From NCBI GenBank assembly GCA_035509435.1, contig DATJLR010000002.1, forward strand, positions 209,677-273,676: a stretch of DNA of 64,000 nucleotides. Direction: 5' to 3'. The translations under genes were made by a program, and so were the position numbers. Source of the stretch: Minisyncoccota bacterium. Its GTDB lineage: Bacteria; Patescibacteriota; Minisyncoccia; UBA6257; 2-01-FULL-56-20. Below are positions 9,652-20,115 of the stretch, one piece after another; the first letter of the stretch is position 1, and each line of letters begins with the position of its first letter. A model generated the notes under the pieces. It did no database searches and was not told the origin of the DNA. It worked only from the letters and a program-made list of their open reading frames with translations.

Positions 9652-10257
9652 TTAATTCCTCCTCTCGAGCGCCGAGCCCAAGGTCTCGTCGTCCGCGAAT
9701 TCGATCTCGCCGCCGGTAGGAAGGCCGCGTCCGAGGCGGCTGACCTTCTTGGTGAGCGGCGCGAGCTCTTTCAATAAGAGCGACGCCTGAAAATCGCCGA
9801 GCGCCGTCGGGTTGAAGCCGAGGATGATCTCATCCGCCGCGCCGCCGAGCTCACCCTCTATATATTTTTTTAGGCTTGCCAGTCTGCTAGTTTGCCAGGC
9901 TTCCAAGTAACCAGTTTTTGGCACTGGGCCGACGATGAAGTATCGTCCGGTGAACTTTTTGGTGTTCTCGAGCGAGAGATAGTCCGTCTCTTTTTCCACC
10001 ACCATGATGACGCGCTGGTTCCGCGCCGGATTCGCGCAGACGTCGCAGAGCGCACCCTCGTTCTGATGGATGAAGAAGCACCGCTCGCAGATCTTGATAG
10101 CGCGGAGCGCGTCGATGCTTCCTGCCAGCGTGTGGAGCTGGTCTTTCGGCTGTCCGATCAGATAGAACGCCAGCCGCACCGCCTGGCGCGGCCCGATGGA
10201 CGGCAGCTCGGCGAGCGCGTCCACCACCTTTTGCACCGGCTCGGGAAGTTTCATCAT
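9652..10257 (-). CDS. recR: recombination protein RecR
   Basis: HhH N-terminus (LPSIGPRQAVRLAFYL), a C4 zinc finger (CERC…CDVC) and a Toprim domain. Confidence 0.9.
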   Translation of the reverse strand: MMKLPEPVQKVVDALAELPSIGPRQAVRLAFYLIGQPKDQLHTLAGSIDALRAIKICERCFFIHQNEGALCDVCANPARNQRVIMVVEKETDYLSLENTKKFTGRYFIVGPVPKTGYLEAWQTSRLASLKKYIEGELGGAADEIILGFNPTALGDFQASLLLKELAPLTKKVSRLGRGLPTGGEIEFADDETLGSALERRN

Positions 10258-10277
10258 GAGGTAATTATAAATTAGGA

Positions 10278-10670
10278 CTAGGATTTTTCTTGAATCATCT
10301 TTTCCAGCTGTGAAATTAAGTCCTCTGCTGTTTTATAAGTAATGAACTTGTTGGTAATAAAAACCAATGAATGGGAAATCACGCTTTTTTCTTGGTAAAC
10401 ACAAATTATTGGACGACTATAAATATCTGCCCATCCCAATTCTATGCCTTGGCCGGTGGACGGATAGGAAACTTCGGCGATTACGAGGTCGCAATGTTCG
10501 ATTCGCTCTTTTGTGATCTGTTCTGGTTTATCTTTCTCCTGCGGGAGAAAAACTTCATTCATCTTATAGAGCTCAGAACTTTGGATAGATTTATAGAGAT
10601 CATCTTTCCATGGAAGTGCGCTTGCGTGTGTTACGACAATTTTCATATAGCCATTATAGCCTATGTTCAA
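10278..10670 (-). CDS. nucleoside 2-deoxyribosyltransferase-like protein (low-GC insert)
   Basis: 130-aa ORF. The motif VIAEVSYPSTGQGIELGWA resembles the N-deoxyribosyltransferase / SLOG-type active-site loop. Local GC is about 35%, against about 65% for its neighbours. Confidence 0.45.
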   Translation of the reverse strand: MNIGYNGYMKIVVTHASALPWKDDLYKSIQSSELYKMNEVFLPQEKDKPEQITKERIEHCDLVIAEVSYPSTGQGIELGWADIYSRPIICVYQEKSVISHSLVFITNKFITYKTAEDLISQLEKMIQEKS

Positions 10671-10709
10671 ATTTCGAGATACTTGAAGACCAGAAAGCCG
10701 TGCAAAGCC

Positions 10710-12071
10710 TCAGAGCGCCGGCAGCTCGTCGTAGCGCTTCTCCACGGTCTTGAACGTCGTGTGCTCGCCGTCGAAGAAGAAGTCGATGTCCTTCAGCGCG
10801 CCGTTGCGGTGTTTGGCGATGCGCAGGTGGACGGTGTTGTCGAGCGAGGAAGCCGTGTCGTTCGGGTTGCGCTCGTCGCGATAGAGGAACATGACGACGT
10901 CCGCGTCCTGCTCGATGGAGCCCGAGTCGCGGAGATCGGAGAGGCGGGGGATCTTGTGGTCGCGCTGCTCGAGTCCGCGCGAGAGCTGCGAGAGCGCGAG
11001 CACCGGCACTTTGAGCTCGCGGGCGAGCGCCTTGAGGCCGCGCGAGATCTCGGTGATCATGTTCACCATGCTGTCGCTCTGGCGCCGTGCGTTGATCAGC
11101 TGGAGGTAATCCACGACGAGCAGGTCAAGGCCATGCTCCACCTGCAGGCGACGCGCCATGGATCGCATCTGGAGGACGTTCAGCGACGGCGAATCGTCGA
11201 TATAGAGCTTGATGTCCGAGAGGCGGTCGAGCGCGCCCTGGATCATCGTGAACTCTTCGTCGTTGCGGATCCGGCCGGTGAGGATGTTCCAGAGCGGCAC
11301 CTGCGATTCCGCGGAGATGATGCGGTCCTGCAGGGATTCGCGGGACATCTCGAGCGAGAAAATGCCGACGCTCGCGCCTGCCTTCGCGGCATTGCGCGCG
11401 ATGTCCAATGCGAGCGACGTCTTGCCGACCGACGGCCGCGCGCCGAGGATGATGAGTTCGGACTTGTGCAGTCCGGAGAGCGTTTCGTCGAGCGCGGGGA
11501 AACCGGTGGGTACGCCGCGCAATTTTCCGCCGCCGGCGTGAAGGTTCGCGATGCGCTCGTATGCCGTCGTAAGGTCTTCCTTCAAAGAGACGAAATTCTG
11601 CGGCATCGACTTCTGCGAGATGGAAAGGATCTTCTGCTCGACGCCATCGAGCAGGTCTTCCACGTCATCGCCCGAGAACACGTCCTCCGCGATCTCCGCT
11701 GATGCCTTGATGAGGTCGCGCAGTATCTTCTTCTCCTTTACGATCGTGGCGTAGTGCTGCACGTGCGACGCGCTCGACACATGGTTCGTGAGCTCGGAAA
11801 GGTATGTGGCGCCGCCGACCTCTTTGAGGGTCTCATGCTCCTTCAGATAATTGGTAAGGCTCAGCACATCGATCGGCTGGTGCTTCTCGTAGAGTGAAAG
11901 GATGGCGGCGTAGATGCGCTCGTGCGCCGGCGTGTAAAAATCCGGCGGCGTCAAAATGTCCGCCACGCGGAAGATCGCGTTCTTGTCGATGAGGACCGAG
12001 CCGAGCACCGCCTGCTCCGCTTCCAGATTCTGGGGCGGAAGCTTCAGTTGTGATTTCTTGCCTGGGGGCAT
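10710..12071 (-). CDS. dnaB: replicative DNA helicase DnaB
   Basis: N-terminal domain LEAEQAVLGSVLID, Walker A GARPSVGKTSLALD, 453 aa with no intein. Confidence 0.9.
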   Translation of the reverse strand: MPPGKKSQLKLPPQNLEAEQAVLGSVLIDKNAIFRVADILTPPDFYTPAHERIYAAILSLYEKHQPIDVLSLTNYLKEHETLKEVGGATYLSELTNHVSSASHVQHYATIVKEKKILRDLIKASAEIAEDVFSGDDVEDLLDGVEQKILSISQKSMPQNFVSLKEDLTTAYERIANLHAGGGKLRGVPTGFPALDETLSGLHKSELIILGARPSVGKTSLALDIARNAAKAGASVGIFSLEMSRESLQDRIISAESQVPLWNILTGRIRNDEEFTMIQGALDRLSDIKLYIDDSPSLNVLQMRSMARRLQVEHGLDLLVVDYLQLINARRQSDSMVNMITEISRGLKALARELKVPVLALSQLSRGLEQRDHKIPRLSDLRDSGSIEQDADVVMFLYRDERNPNDTASSLDNTVHLRIAKHRNGALKDIDFFFDGEHTTFKTVEKRYDELPAL

Positions 12072-12080
12072 GTATTAAAA

Positions 12081-13478
12081 CTATTTGAAAAACTTTTTGA
12101 CAAGAGAGGAGCCCTCCGCCCCGTCCCTTACCTCATATCCTACGCTTTCCAGCTCCTTCCTCAAAGCGTCGGACTGGATAAACTGTTTATTTCCGCGGAA
12201 TGCCCGATATTTGTCGAATTTTTCCGTGATTTCCGCGGGAATTTCGCCTGCGCCCGCGACCGCCTCTTTTATATCGAGCATGGCTGTCCGGTCGAATGCC
12301 TTCAAAAACGCCACTTTTTCCCCGGGCGAAAGTTTATCATCTTTTAACATCTCGAAAACGATCGAAAATGCCTTCGGGGTGTTCAGGTCCTCGTCGAGAG
12401 CGGCGTGGAACGCTTTTTTCCACTTGGCGCCGGCGGCCGTTTCTTCGGGCGTGTCGGTGTTTTCGCCCGCATCGTGCGCCGCTTTCTTTGCGCGGAGCGC
12501 AAGCGTATAGAGATTTTCCAGTTCGCTCTTTGCCTGCGCAACGACGCGTTCGGAAAAATCGAGAGGGGAGCGATAATGGTGCGAGAGGACGATCCATCGC
12601 AGGACGACGGCAGGATTCGCGGAAAGGAATTCGCGGATGGTGATGAAGTTGCCGACGCTCTTGGACATCTTCCTGCCCTCCACGGTGAGTGCGCCGACGT
12701 GCACCCAGAATTGGACGAACGGCTTGAGGCCGGACGCGGATTCCTGTTGTGCGATCTCCGCTTCGTGATGGGGAAACTTGAGATCGATCCCGCCGCCATG
12801 GATCTCGTATTGCGGGCCGAAATAGAATTCGGAGATCGCGGTGTCCTCGATGTGCCATCCGGGGCGCCCGTCGCCGAGCGATGACGGCCAGCGCGGCTCA
12901 AGGTCTTTGAGCGACGTCTGCGTAAATTTCCAGAGGCAAAAATCCCCCTTGTTGCGCTTGTTCACCGATTCGTCGATGCGCGTGACGCCGTCCTCGGCCT
13001 GTTCCACGGTGCGGCCGGAGAGCTTGCCGTAATCGGCATCTTTTGAAATATCAAAGTACCATCCGTCGCCGTCGATCTTGTACGCGAAGCCCTTGTCGAT
13101 CAATCGCTCAACCTGGGCGACGATCTGCGTGATGAACTTCGTCGCGGGAGCGTAGGTGGTCACGGCGTCGACGCCGAGCACTTTCATGTCCTCGAAATAT
13201 GCTTCGGTAAAGAAGCGGGCGACCGCGTCCGTCTTGGTGTTGTCCGTCATCGCGCGGGCGATGATCTTGTCGTCGACGTCGGTGATGTTCTGGACGTACG
13301 CCACGTCGTAGCCGCGCGCACGGAGCAGTTTTGCGAAAAAATCAAAGAAAATATACGTGCGCGCGTTCCCGATATGGAGGTAGTCGTACACCGTCGGCCC
13401 GCACACAAAGAGCCGGATTTTCTTCTGGTCCGGCAGCGGCTCCTCGGTACGCGAGAGGGAGTTATAGAGATGGAGCAT
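12081..13478 (-). CDS. cysS: cysteine--tRNA ligase
   Basis: HIGH motif (HIGNARTY) and KMSKS motif (KMSKSVGNF). Confidence 0.9.
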   Translation of the reverse strand: MLHLYNSLSRTEEPLPDQKKIRLFVCGPTVYDYLHIGNARTYIFFDFFAKLLRARGYDVAYVQNITDVDDKIIARAMTDNTKTDAVARFFTEAYFEDMKVLGVDAVTTYAPATKFITQIVAQVERLIDKGFAYKIDGDGWYFDISKDADYGKLSGRTVEQAEDGVTRIDESVNKRNKGDFCLWKFTQTSLKDLEPRWPSSLGDGRPGWHIEDTAISEFYFGPQYEIHGGGIDLKFPHHEAEIAQQESASGLKPFVQFWVHVGALTVEGRKMSKSVGNFITIREFLSANPAVVLRWIVLSHHYRSPLDFSERVVAQAKSELENLYTLALRAKKAAHDAGENTDTPEETAAGAKWKKAFHAALDEDLNTPKAFSIVFEMLKDDKLSPGEKVAFLKAFDRTAMLDIKEAVAGAGEIPAEITEKFDKYRAFRGNKQFIQSDALRKELESVGYEVRDGAEGSSLVKKFFK

Positions 13479-13504
13479 ATTAAATCATTATAAAACTCCG
13501 ACCG

Positions 13505-13565
13505 AAACAAAGACAGCCTTGCGCCGAACTATCATCTCCAGGGAGGCGCAAGGCTGTCTTTGTTT
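13505..13565 (-). terminator. intrinsic terminator after corA (21-bp perfect inverted repeat)
   Basis: AAACAAAGACAGCCTTGCGCC…GGCGCAAGGCTGTCTTTGTTT followed by a T-tract on the minus strand. Confidence 0.6.
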
Positions 13566-14449
13566 TAAAACCATCCCTTCCGCTTGAAGTAGACCGTAAG
13601 GCACACCATCCCGACGAGCATGATGCCGAGAATGATCCACCACGCGCCGGGGATATCAAGCAGCGGCGTGTCGCGGGTGTTCATGCTGAAGAGCGCGGCG
13701 ATGAGCATGAAGGGGAATGTGAGGAACGAGAGCGACGTGAACGTCTTCATCACGCTGTTGATCTTGAGGTTCATCAGCTGGTTGTTCGTGTCCTCAAAGT
13801 CCGAGATCGCCTCGCGATAATCTTCCAGCTGGTTTACCACCTTGAGCTGGTCGCCCATCAGGTCGCTCAGGTAAATTTCAGCGCTGTCGCCCCAGAACTT
13901 TTTCCCTTTGACGAGCAGTGACTTGAGGATCGGTTCCTGGAGCCGCACGACGATGCGATACTCCGACACGTCGCGCTTGACGTAGGTGATCCGTTCCAGA
14001 ACCTCCTTCTCGCGGTCTTTGAAAATTTCTTTGCCTACCGCCTCCACTTTTTCGCGGATGTGGCGCAGCTGCCGCTCCTGGAAGTTGAGCAGGTGTTCGA
14101 TCAGGTGGTACATCACGGCGAGCGACGTGTCCCAGTGCGGCGACATCCTGAATCCGTCCAGAACATCGTTCAGCTCGTCATAATGCACGGTCGCCACGCT
14201 GTCCTTCGTGATGATGAAGTCGATCTCGGTGCGCGCCGATGCCTCGTCCTCGGTGTCGTAGATGGGAAAGTAATAGATGAAGTACAGGTAATCCTTGTAC
14301 GCCTCCACGCGCCCGCGCGCGGATGGTCCGCGCAGCTCTTCCGCGATGACGGGATGCAGGCGATATTCCTTGGCGAGCCATGCGATGTCTTTTTCGGCCG
14401 GCCGTTCGACATCCACCCACTGGACGCCTTTGCCCTTCTTGATCTCCAT
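13565..14449 (-). CDS. corA: CorA-family magnesium transporter
   Basis: 294-aa protein with two C-terminal TM helices and an SMN (GMN-like) motif. Confidence 0.6.
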   Translation of the reverse strand: MEIKKGKGVQWVDVERPAEKDIAWLAKEYRLHPVIAEELRGPSARGRVEAYKDYLYFIYYFPIYDTEDEASARTEIDFIITKDSVATVHYDELNDVLDGFRMSPHWDTSLAVMYHLIEHLLNFQERQLRHIREKVEAVGKEIFKDREKEVLERITYVKRDVSEYRIVVRLQEPILKSLLVKGKKFWGDSAEIYLSDLMGDQLKVVNQLEDYREAISDFEDTNNQLMNLKINSVMKTFTSLSFLTFPFMLIAALFSMNTRDTPLLDIPGAWWIILGIMLVGMVCLTVYFKRKGWF

Positions 14450-14513
14450 AAGGATATTTTAGCATACCACCATGCGTTTCCGGCCGCTGCCGCCGTGAAG
14501 TTTTCCCCAGCCC

Positions 14514-14542
14514 TTGCTTTTTTATTGAGGGCGTGGTATAGT
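14514..14542 (+). promoter_or_regulatory. sigma70-like promoter (TTGCTT-N17-TATAGT)
   Basis: Hexamers with 17-nt spacing upstream of the small ORF/sRNA locus. Confidence 0.35.
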
Positions 14543-14798
14543 GAAAAAAGAAGTTGCAGTTACCCCACAGTGGAGAAAAACAGTGGATGCAAACAGTGGC
14601 AAAGCAGTAGCGCCCAGTGCGGCCAGTATTACCAAGGATGCACACAAGCGGTCGCGTCAACGGACCTATCACCCGGCTTTCATGGAACCGCTGGATTCCA
14701 TCGGCGACATTGCCGCACGGGTTCGTGAGTCCGAGAGGTCTCCGGGGATGGAGGAGCTGTTCGGGCTTATCACCCTCAGCGAGGCCTTGGCTAACTGA
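14541..14798 (+). CDS. small hypothetical protein (85 aa from GTG) or an sRNA
   Basis: ORF in the corA-hrcA intergenic space with a GAGGG SD-like element 9 nt upstream. A strong intrinsic terminator follows at 14820-14853. The start is uncertain because the predicted -10 overlaps the GTG. Confidence 0.35.
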   Translation: MKKEVAVTPQWRKTVDANSGKAVAPSAASITKDAHKRSRQRTYHPAFMEPLDSIGDIAARVRESERSPGMEELFGLITLSEALAN

Positions 14799-14819
14799 TG
14801 GACACTGTGACCCATAAGC

Positions 14820-14853
14820 GGTCGAGACCCCAACTCGACCGCTTTCTTTTTTT
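14820..14853 (+). terminator. intrinsic terminator
   Basis: GGTCGAG-ACCCCAA-CTCGACC followed by GCTTTCTTTTTTTAT. Confidence 0.65.
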
Positions 14854-14881
14854 ATATTGTTTTAATGCGGCAAATGCCATA

Positions 14882-14908
14882 CTGGCACTCTCTTGACGAG
14901 ATTGCTAA
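14882..14908. promoter_or_regulatory. CIRCE-like inverted repeat (HrcA operator)
   Basis: CTGGCACTC-N9-GATTGCTAA matches TTAGCACTC-N9-GAGTGCTAA at 7/9 and 8/9. It overlaps a TTGACG(14893)-N16-TATAAT(14915) promoter just upstream of hrcA. Confidence 0.6.
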
Positions 14909-14928
14909 CGGCGGTATAATGAGCAGGC

Positions 14929-15600
14929 ATGACGGAAAGGACTGCGCAAATCTTGGAGGCGGCGATACAGGAGTTCATCAACACCGGCGGACCGGTGAGC
15001 TCGGGATTGCTGTACGATCGCTACGAGTTTGGCATCAAGCCGGCGATGATCCGGCTCGAGCTCGACGACCTTGAGTCCGCCGGATATCTTGAACAGCCCT
15101 ACCATTCGGCGGGGCGCGTGCCGACGAACGCCGGCTACGAGTTTTTCGCCAAACGGATGCTCGGCGCCGCCGCGGCCGCGAATACGGCGCGACAGAACGA
15201 GTTCCGCGCGCTGATAGAAGAGCGCGCATGGCCCGATCTTTTGAGCGAGCTCTCCGACCAGCTCGGCCTCTTGAGCATCTGCGCCGACCTCACGCGCGAG
15301 GCGGTGTACAAAGCCGGTCTCCAGCACCTGATCGACAGCCTTGACTGGCAGGACCAGAACGGCATCCGCTCCGTCATCCGCGATTTCGAGGAGGTGGACG
15401 GCCGCCTTCCCCGCGCGGCGGAAAAGATGGGCGCCGGCCCGCAGATCTTCATCGGCAAAAAAAGCCCGGTGACCTCAAGTGACGAGCTCTCCGTGGTTGG
15501 CGGCAACTATCAGATCGGCGACACGACATTTTCCATCTTTGCGATCGGTCCCAAGCGGATGGACTACAAAAAGGTCATACGAATATTCAAAAATCTATGA
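14929..15600 (+). CDS. hrcA: heat-inducible transcription repressor HrcA (short, 223 aa)
   Basis: Winged-helix N-terminus (ILEAAIQEFINTGGPVSSGLL). Sits first in an hrcA-grpE-dnaK arrangement. Shorter than the canonical roughly 340 aa. Confidence 0.75.
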   Translation: MTERTAQILEAAIQEFINTGGPVSSGLLYDRYEFGIKPAMIRLELDDLESAGYLEQPYHSAGRVPTNAGYEFFAKRMLGAAAAANTARQNEFRALIEERAWPDLLSELSDQLGLLSICADLTREAVYKAGLQHLIDSLDWQDQNGIRSVIRDFEEVDGRLPRAAEKMGAGPQIFIGKKSPVTSSDELSVVGGNYQIGDTTFSIFAIGPKRMDYKKVIRIFKNL

Positions 15601-16091
15601 ACGACGAAAAAGAAATTCAGCAGCCGGAGCCGAACGAGCTCGAGGCGAAGCTCGCGGAGGCCGAGAAGGCGCGCGACGAATACCTTGCCGGATGGCAGCG
15701 CACGAAGGCGGATTTCATCAATTACAAAAAAGAGGAGATGAAGCATTTGGAGGACGTGGCGCGGTACGGCAGCGAGGACCTGATCAAAGACCTGATCGGC
15801 GTGATGGACAACTTCGACCTCGGCCTGCGCACGATGGAGAAGAACGGGCCGGTGGAGCGCGGCATCTACCTGATCCGCTCGCAGATCGACGATATTTTAA
15901 AGAAGCGCGGGCTGGTGAAAGTGGAGATCAGGCCGGGCGACGAGTTCGACCCGATGATCGCGGAGGCGATGACGGAAGTGCCGTCCGAGCGCCCGCCGGG
16001 CACGATCGTGGAGGAAGTGGAGCCGGGCTATTGCCTTCACGAGAAAGTATTGCGGCCGGCGAGGGTAATACTAAGCAAGGGAAAGGAATAA
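15597..16091 (+). CDS. grpE: nucleotide exchange factor GrpE
   Basis: GrpE core (KADFINYKKEEMKHLEDVARYG…LIGVMDNFD). Its start overlaps the hrcA stop. Confidence 0.85.
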   Translation: MNDEKEIQQPEPNELEAKLAEAEKARDEYLAGWQRTKADFINYKKEEMKHLEDVARYGSEDLIKDLIGVMDNFDLGLRTMEKNGPVERGIYLIRSQIDDILKKRGLVKVEIRPGDEFDPMIAEAMTEVPSERPPGTIVEEVEPGYCLHEKVLRPARVILSKGKE

Positions 16092-16126
16092 TAAAAAGAA
16101 ACTAATCATTAAAAAATATTAAAACT

Positions 16127-18016
16127 ATGGCAAAGATAATCGGAATCGACTTGGGAACTACGAATTCGGCGGTGGCGGTGATGGAAGGCGGCGAGCCGAA
16201 GATCCTGGAGAATGCGGAGGGCAACCGCACGACGCCGTCCATCGTTGCGATCTCCAAGGGCGGGGAGCGGCTCGTGGGCCTGCTCGCGAAGCGGCAGTCG
16301 GTGACGAATCCGAAGAACACGATCTTCTCCGTAAAGCGCCTGATTGGGCGCAAGTTTACGGATGAGGTGGTGCAGAAGGATAAGACATGGCTTCCGTATG
16401 AGATCAAGGCCTCCGCGAACGGCGGCGTTGACGTGAAGATGGGCGAGAAGTGGTATTCGCCGGAGGAAATTTCCTCTTTTATATTGTCAAAACTGAAGGC
16501 CGATGCGGAAGCGCGGCTCGGCGAAAAGGTGGAAGAGGCGGTGATCACGGTGCCGGCGTATTTTGATGACGCGGAGCGCCAGGCGACGAAGAACGCCGGC
16601 GAGATCGCGGGCCTCAAGGTACGGCGCATTTTGAACGAGCCGACGGCGGCCGCGCTCGCGTACGGCATGAACAAGCAGAAGAACGAGAAGATCGTCGTCT
16701 ACGACTTCGGCGGCGGTACGTTCGACATTTCGGTGCTCGAGGTGGGCGATGACACGGTGGAGGTCAAGGCCACCGGCGGTGACACGCATCTTGGAGGCGA
16801 TGACTTCGACAAGAAGATCCAGGAATTTTTGGTGGACGAGTATCGCAAACAGGAAGGCGTGGATATCTCAAAGGACCCGCTCGCACTCCAGCGGCTGAAG
16901 GAAGCGGCGGAGAAGGCAAAGCACGAGCTTTCGAGCGCCGCGGAGACGGAGATCAACCTTCCGTACATCACGTCCGGGCCGGAAGGGCCGAAGCACTTTG
17001 TGATGAAGCTCTCGCGCGCAAAGTTGGAGTCGCTTGTCGCGGAATACATCGATCGTTCGATCGCGCTCACCAAGGAAACGGTGACGGCCGCCGCGCCGAA
17101 GGGCGCCGGCTTCCAGCTCTCCGAGATCAACGAGGTGATCATGGTCGGCGGACAGACGCGCATGCCGGCGATGGTGGACGCGGTAAAGAAGCTGTTCGGC
17201 AAGGATCCGCATCAGGGCATCAATCCGGACGAGGTCGTCGCGATCGGCGCGGCGGTGCAGGCCGGAATTCTCCAGGGCGACGTGAAGGACATTTTGCTTT
17301 TGGACGTGACGCCGCTCACGCTCTCGATCGAGACGTTCGGCTCCGTCGCGACGCCGATGATCCCGAAGAACACGACGGTGCCGACGGCGAAGACGCAGGT
17401 GTTCTCGACCGCCGCCGACAACCAGACGTCGGTGGAGGTGCACGTGACGCAGGGCGAGCGCCCGATGGCGGCGGACAACAAGACGCTTGCGCGGTTCATC
17501 TTGGACGGCATCCCGCCCGCGCCGCGCGGCGTGCCACAGGTGGAGGTCACCTTCGACATCGACGCGAACGGTATCCTGAACGTGTCAGCGAAGGACAAAG
17601 CGTCGGGCAAGACGCAATCGGTCAAGATCGAGGCGTCCACGTCGCTTTCAAAAGACGACATCGAGCGTATGAAGAAAGATGCCGCGGAGCACGCGGCGGA
17701 AGATGAAAAGAAGAAGGCGCTCATCGAGGTGCGCAACCAGGCGGAGTCGCTTGTCTACACGACGGAGAAGGCGGTCAAGGACGCGGGCGACAAATTGCCC
17801 GCGGATGTGAAAGTTGGCGTGGAAGAGAAGCTTGCGGCGCTTAAGACCGCAAAGGAGGGCGAGGACGAGGCCGCCATCAAGGCGGCTATAGAGGCGCTTT
17901 CCACAGAGATACAAAAGATCGGCCAAGCGGCGTATAATGATCAGAATGGACCTAAGGGAAGTGATAGCGGGAGCACCGAGGGACCCGCAAGCGCAGAACC
18001 TGATCAATCCGTCTAA
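16127..18016 (+). CDS. dnaK: chaperone DnaK (Hsp70)
   Basis: [18 protein letters not shown]…, 629 aa, with the canonical Hsp70 motifs throughout. Confidence 0.95.
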   Translation: MAKIIGIDLGTTNSAVAVMEGGEPKILENAEGNRTTPSIVAISKGGERLVGLLAKRQSVTNPKNTIFSVKRLIGRKFTDEVVQKDKTWLPYEIKASANGGVDVKMGEKWYSPEEISSFILSKLKADAEARLGEKVEEAVITVPAYFDDAERQATKNAGEIAGLKVRRILNEPTAAALAYGMNKQKNEKIVVYDFGGGTFDISVLEVGDDTVEVKATGGDTHLGGDDFDKKIQEFLVDEYRKQEGVDISKDPLALQRLKEAAEKAKHELSSAAETEINLPYITSGPEGPKHFVMKLSRAKLESLVAEYIDRSIALTKETVTAAAPKGAGFQLSEINEVIMVGGQTRMPAMVDAVKKLFGKDPHQGINPDEVVAIGAAVQAGILQGDVKDILLLDVTPLTLSIETFGSVATPMIPKNTTVPTAKTQVFSTAADNQTSVEVHVTQGERPMAADNKTLARFILDGIPPAPRGVPQVEVTFDIDANGILNVSAKDKASGKTQSVKIEASTSLSKDDIERMKKDAAEHAAEDEKKKALIEVRNQAESLVYTTEKAVKDAGDKLPADVKVGVEEKLAALKTAKEGEDEAAIKAAIEALSTEIQKIGQAAYNDQNGPKGSDSGSTEGPASAEPDQSV

Positions 18017-18968
18017 GATCGACGCGCTCGGTCATCCGCCAGGACGATGGCGCGCGTTTGGCCTTGACGCCGCCGTGGTGATCCTGGCGGGGCTCTTCGG
18101 ATATCTGTATTACCGCTATCTGAGCGGGGGGATATCGGTATGGTTCGTGTTCGCCGCGCTCCTTCTTTTCGGCGCGGCATCCGCAATGGAAGTGTTCCTG
18201 GCAAAGAGCAACTGGCGGAGTTTCGCCGTGATATTTCTCGAGACCGCCGCATCGCTCGCGGCCTTCTGGCGCGACAACCTGCAGATCCTGGGCATCACGG
18301 GACTCATCATGCTCATAATGCTCATGTGGGGGCATTTTTCCGCCCGATCGCACGTGATGAACAGTTTGGAGATCCCGTTCTTCGGCGCGAGCGGGAACGT
18401 GCTCGGCAAGTTCACCACGGCGGTGCTGTTCTTCATGATCCTCACCTATGTGCCGCAGCTCGGCGGCAACGCGCTCGTCGTTTCTTCGCAAAGCTTCCGG
18501 ACGTTCTTCGACTGGACCTCGGGGCTCGTGAACAGTTTCTATCCGGAGCTCGCGCTGAACGGCTCGTTCGGGGATTTCGCGCAAAGCGTTTCCAAGATGG
18601 AGCTTGCGGACAATCCGAGCTTCCAAAGCCTGAGCGCGGCGCAGCAGAACGCCGCCCTCCAGCAGGAATCGGCGCAGTTCTCGCAGAGCTTCCTTCAGGG
18701 CTCGGCGCAGCCGGTCGCGTCGTCCACGCCGACGAGCGACGCGTTCTATAACGTGCTCGACGGCGTGCTCTCCGCATGGAAGAGCCAATCGTCGGGATGG
18801 TTCGATGTCGGCTGGGTGACCGTGCTCTTCATCGGCCTTCGCACGATCGGCATCCTGTTCGTGTGGCTCGCGCAGTTCGTTTCGCTCATCGTGTACGAGC
18901 TCCTGCTCGCGCTCGGATTCATGAAGATCACGCAGGAACCGCATTCCCGCGAGCTGATAGGATACTGA
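17937..18968 (+). CDS. hypothetical polytopic membrane protein within the dnaK operon
   Basis: Multi-TM ORF between dnaK and dnaJ. The ATG at 17937 overlaps dnaK by 80 nt; the GTG at 18076 is an alternative start. Confidence 0.5.
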   Translation: MIRMDLREVIAGAPRDPQAQNLINPSKIDALGHPPGRWRAFGLDAAVVILAGLFGYLYYRYLSGGISVWFVFAALLLFGAASAMEVFLAKSNWRSFAVIFLETAASLAAFWRDNLQILGITGLIMLIMLMWGHFSARSHVMNSLEIPFFGASGNVLGKFTTAVLFFMILTYVPQLGGNALVVSSQSFRTFFDWTSGLVNSFYPELALNGSFGDFAQSVSKMELADNPSFQSLSAAQQNAALQQESAQFSQSFLQGSAQPVASSTPTSDAFYNVLDGVLSAWKSQSSGWFDVGWVTVLFIGLRTIGILFVWLAQFVSLIVYELLLALGFMKITQEPHSRELIGY

Positions 18969-18995
18969 TCGCCCGCAAAAATGTATTAACTATCC

Positions 18996-20072
18996 ATGAA
19001 AGACTATTATTTGATTTTAGGGATACAAAAGACCGCGTCCGAGGACGAGATCAAAAAGGCGTACCGCAAGCTTGCGCACCAATACCATCCGGACAAGGCC
19101 GGAGGCAACGAGGCGAAGTTCAAAGAGATCAACGAGGCCTATCAGGTGCTGTCCGACAAGAACAAGCGTGCGCAGTACGACCGTTTCGGCACCGCGGATC
19201 CGATGGGCGGCTTCGGCGGCGCGCAATGGGGCGGATTCCCAGAAGGTTTCGACCCGTCGCAGTTCGGCGACATGGGCGACTTCGGGGACATCTTCGAGAC
19301 GTTCTTTGAGGGCATGGGCGTCCGCCCGCGCCGCAAGACGTACGAGAAGGGCTCGGACCTTGAGATGCAGGAGCAGGTGACGCTCGAAGAGGCGTTCAAG
19401 GGAATCATGAAGACCGTGCGGCTGAAGACGCTCGTCAAATGCGCGAAGTGCGACGGCAAAGGCGCGGAGCCGGGCAGCGGTTTTGAAAAGTGTTCCACCT
19501 GTGACGGCCAGGGTCAGATCCGCGAACAGCGCCGGACGTTCTTTGGCAGCTTCTCGCAGGTCAAAACGTGCGCCAAATGCCACGGCACTGGCGAGGTTCC
19601 CCAAAAGCCGTGCAGCGTGTGCAAGGGCGCGGGCCGCGTGGAGTCCACGCGCGAGGTGCAGATCAACATCGTGGCAGGCATCGAGGACAACCAGCTGATC
19701 AAGGTGCAGGGGATGGGCGAGGCCGGCGAGCGCGGCACCGCGAGCGGCGACCTCTACGTGCGCGTGCGCGTGAAGCCGCACGCGATCTTCGCCCGGCACG
19801 GCGCCGACCTTGTCGTCACGCAGGAGCTCAAGCTGATCGACGTCCTCCTTGGCAAGACGATCGCGGTGCCCGTTATCTCGGGGGGCACGATGACGGTTGA
19901 GATCCCCGCAGGATTCAACCTTAAGGAAAATTTAAAGATCGCCGGACAGGGGATGCCGCATATCGGTTCGCGCTCGCGCGGCGACCTCCTCGTGAACTTC
20001 GTGATCAAGGCGCCGAAGAAGCCGAATTCGAAGGTGAAGGAATTGCTCGAAAAGCTTGAAAAAGAGCAGTAA
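18996..20072 (+). CDS. dnaJ: chaperone DnaJ
   Basis: J-domain with HPD (YHPDK), a G/F region and four CxxCxGxG zinc-finger repeats. Confidence 0.95.
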   Translation: MKDYYLILGIQKTASEDEIKKAYRKLAHQYHPDKAGGNEAKFKEINEAYQVLSDKNKRAQYDRFGTADPMGGFGGAQWGGFPEGFDPSQFGDMGDFGDIFETFFEGMGVRPRRKTYEKGSDLEMQEQVTLEEAFKGIMKTVRLKTLVKCAKCDGKGAEPGSGFEKCSTCDGQGQIREQRRTFFGSFSQVKTCAKCHGTGEVPQKPCSVCKGAGRVESTREVQINIVAGIEDNQLIKVQGMGEAGERGTASGDLYVRVRVKPHAIFARHGADLVVTQELKLIDVLLGKTIAVPVISGGTMTVEIPAGFNLKENLKIAGQGMPHIGSRSRGDLLVNFVIKAPKKPNSKVKELLEKLEKEQ

Positions 20073-20115
20073 ACCCTGCATTTTCCGTTTAATCAATTTT
20101 TAATGTGCATCTGCT

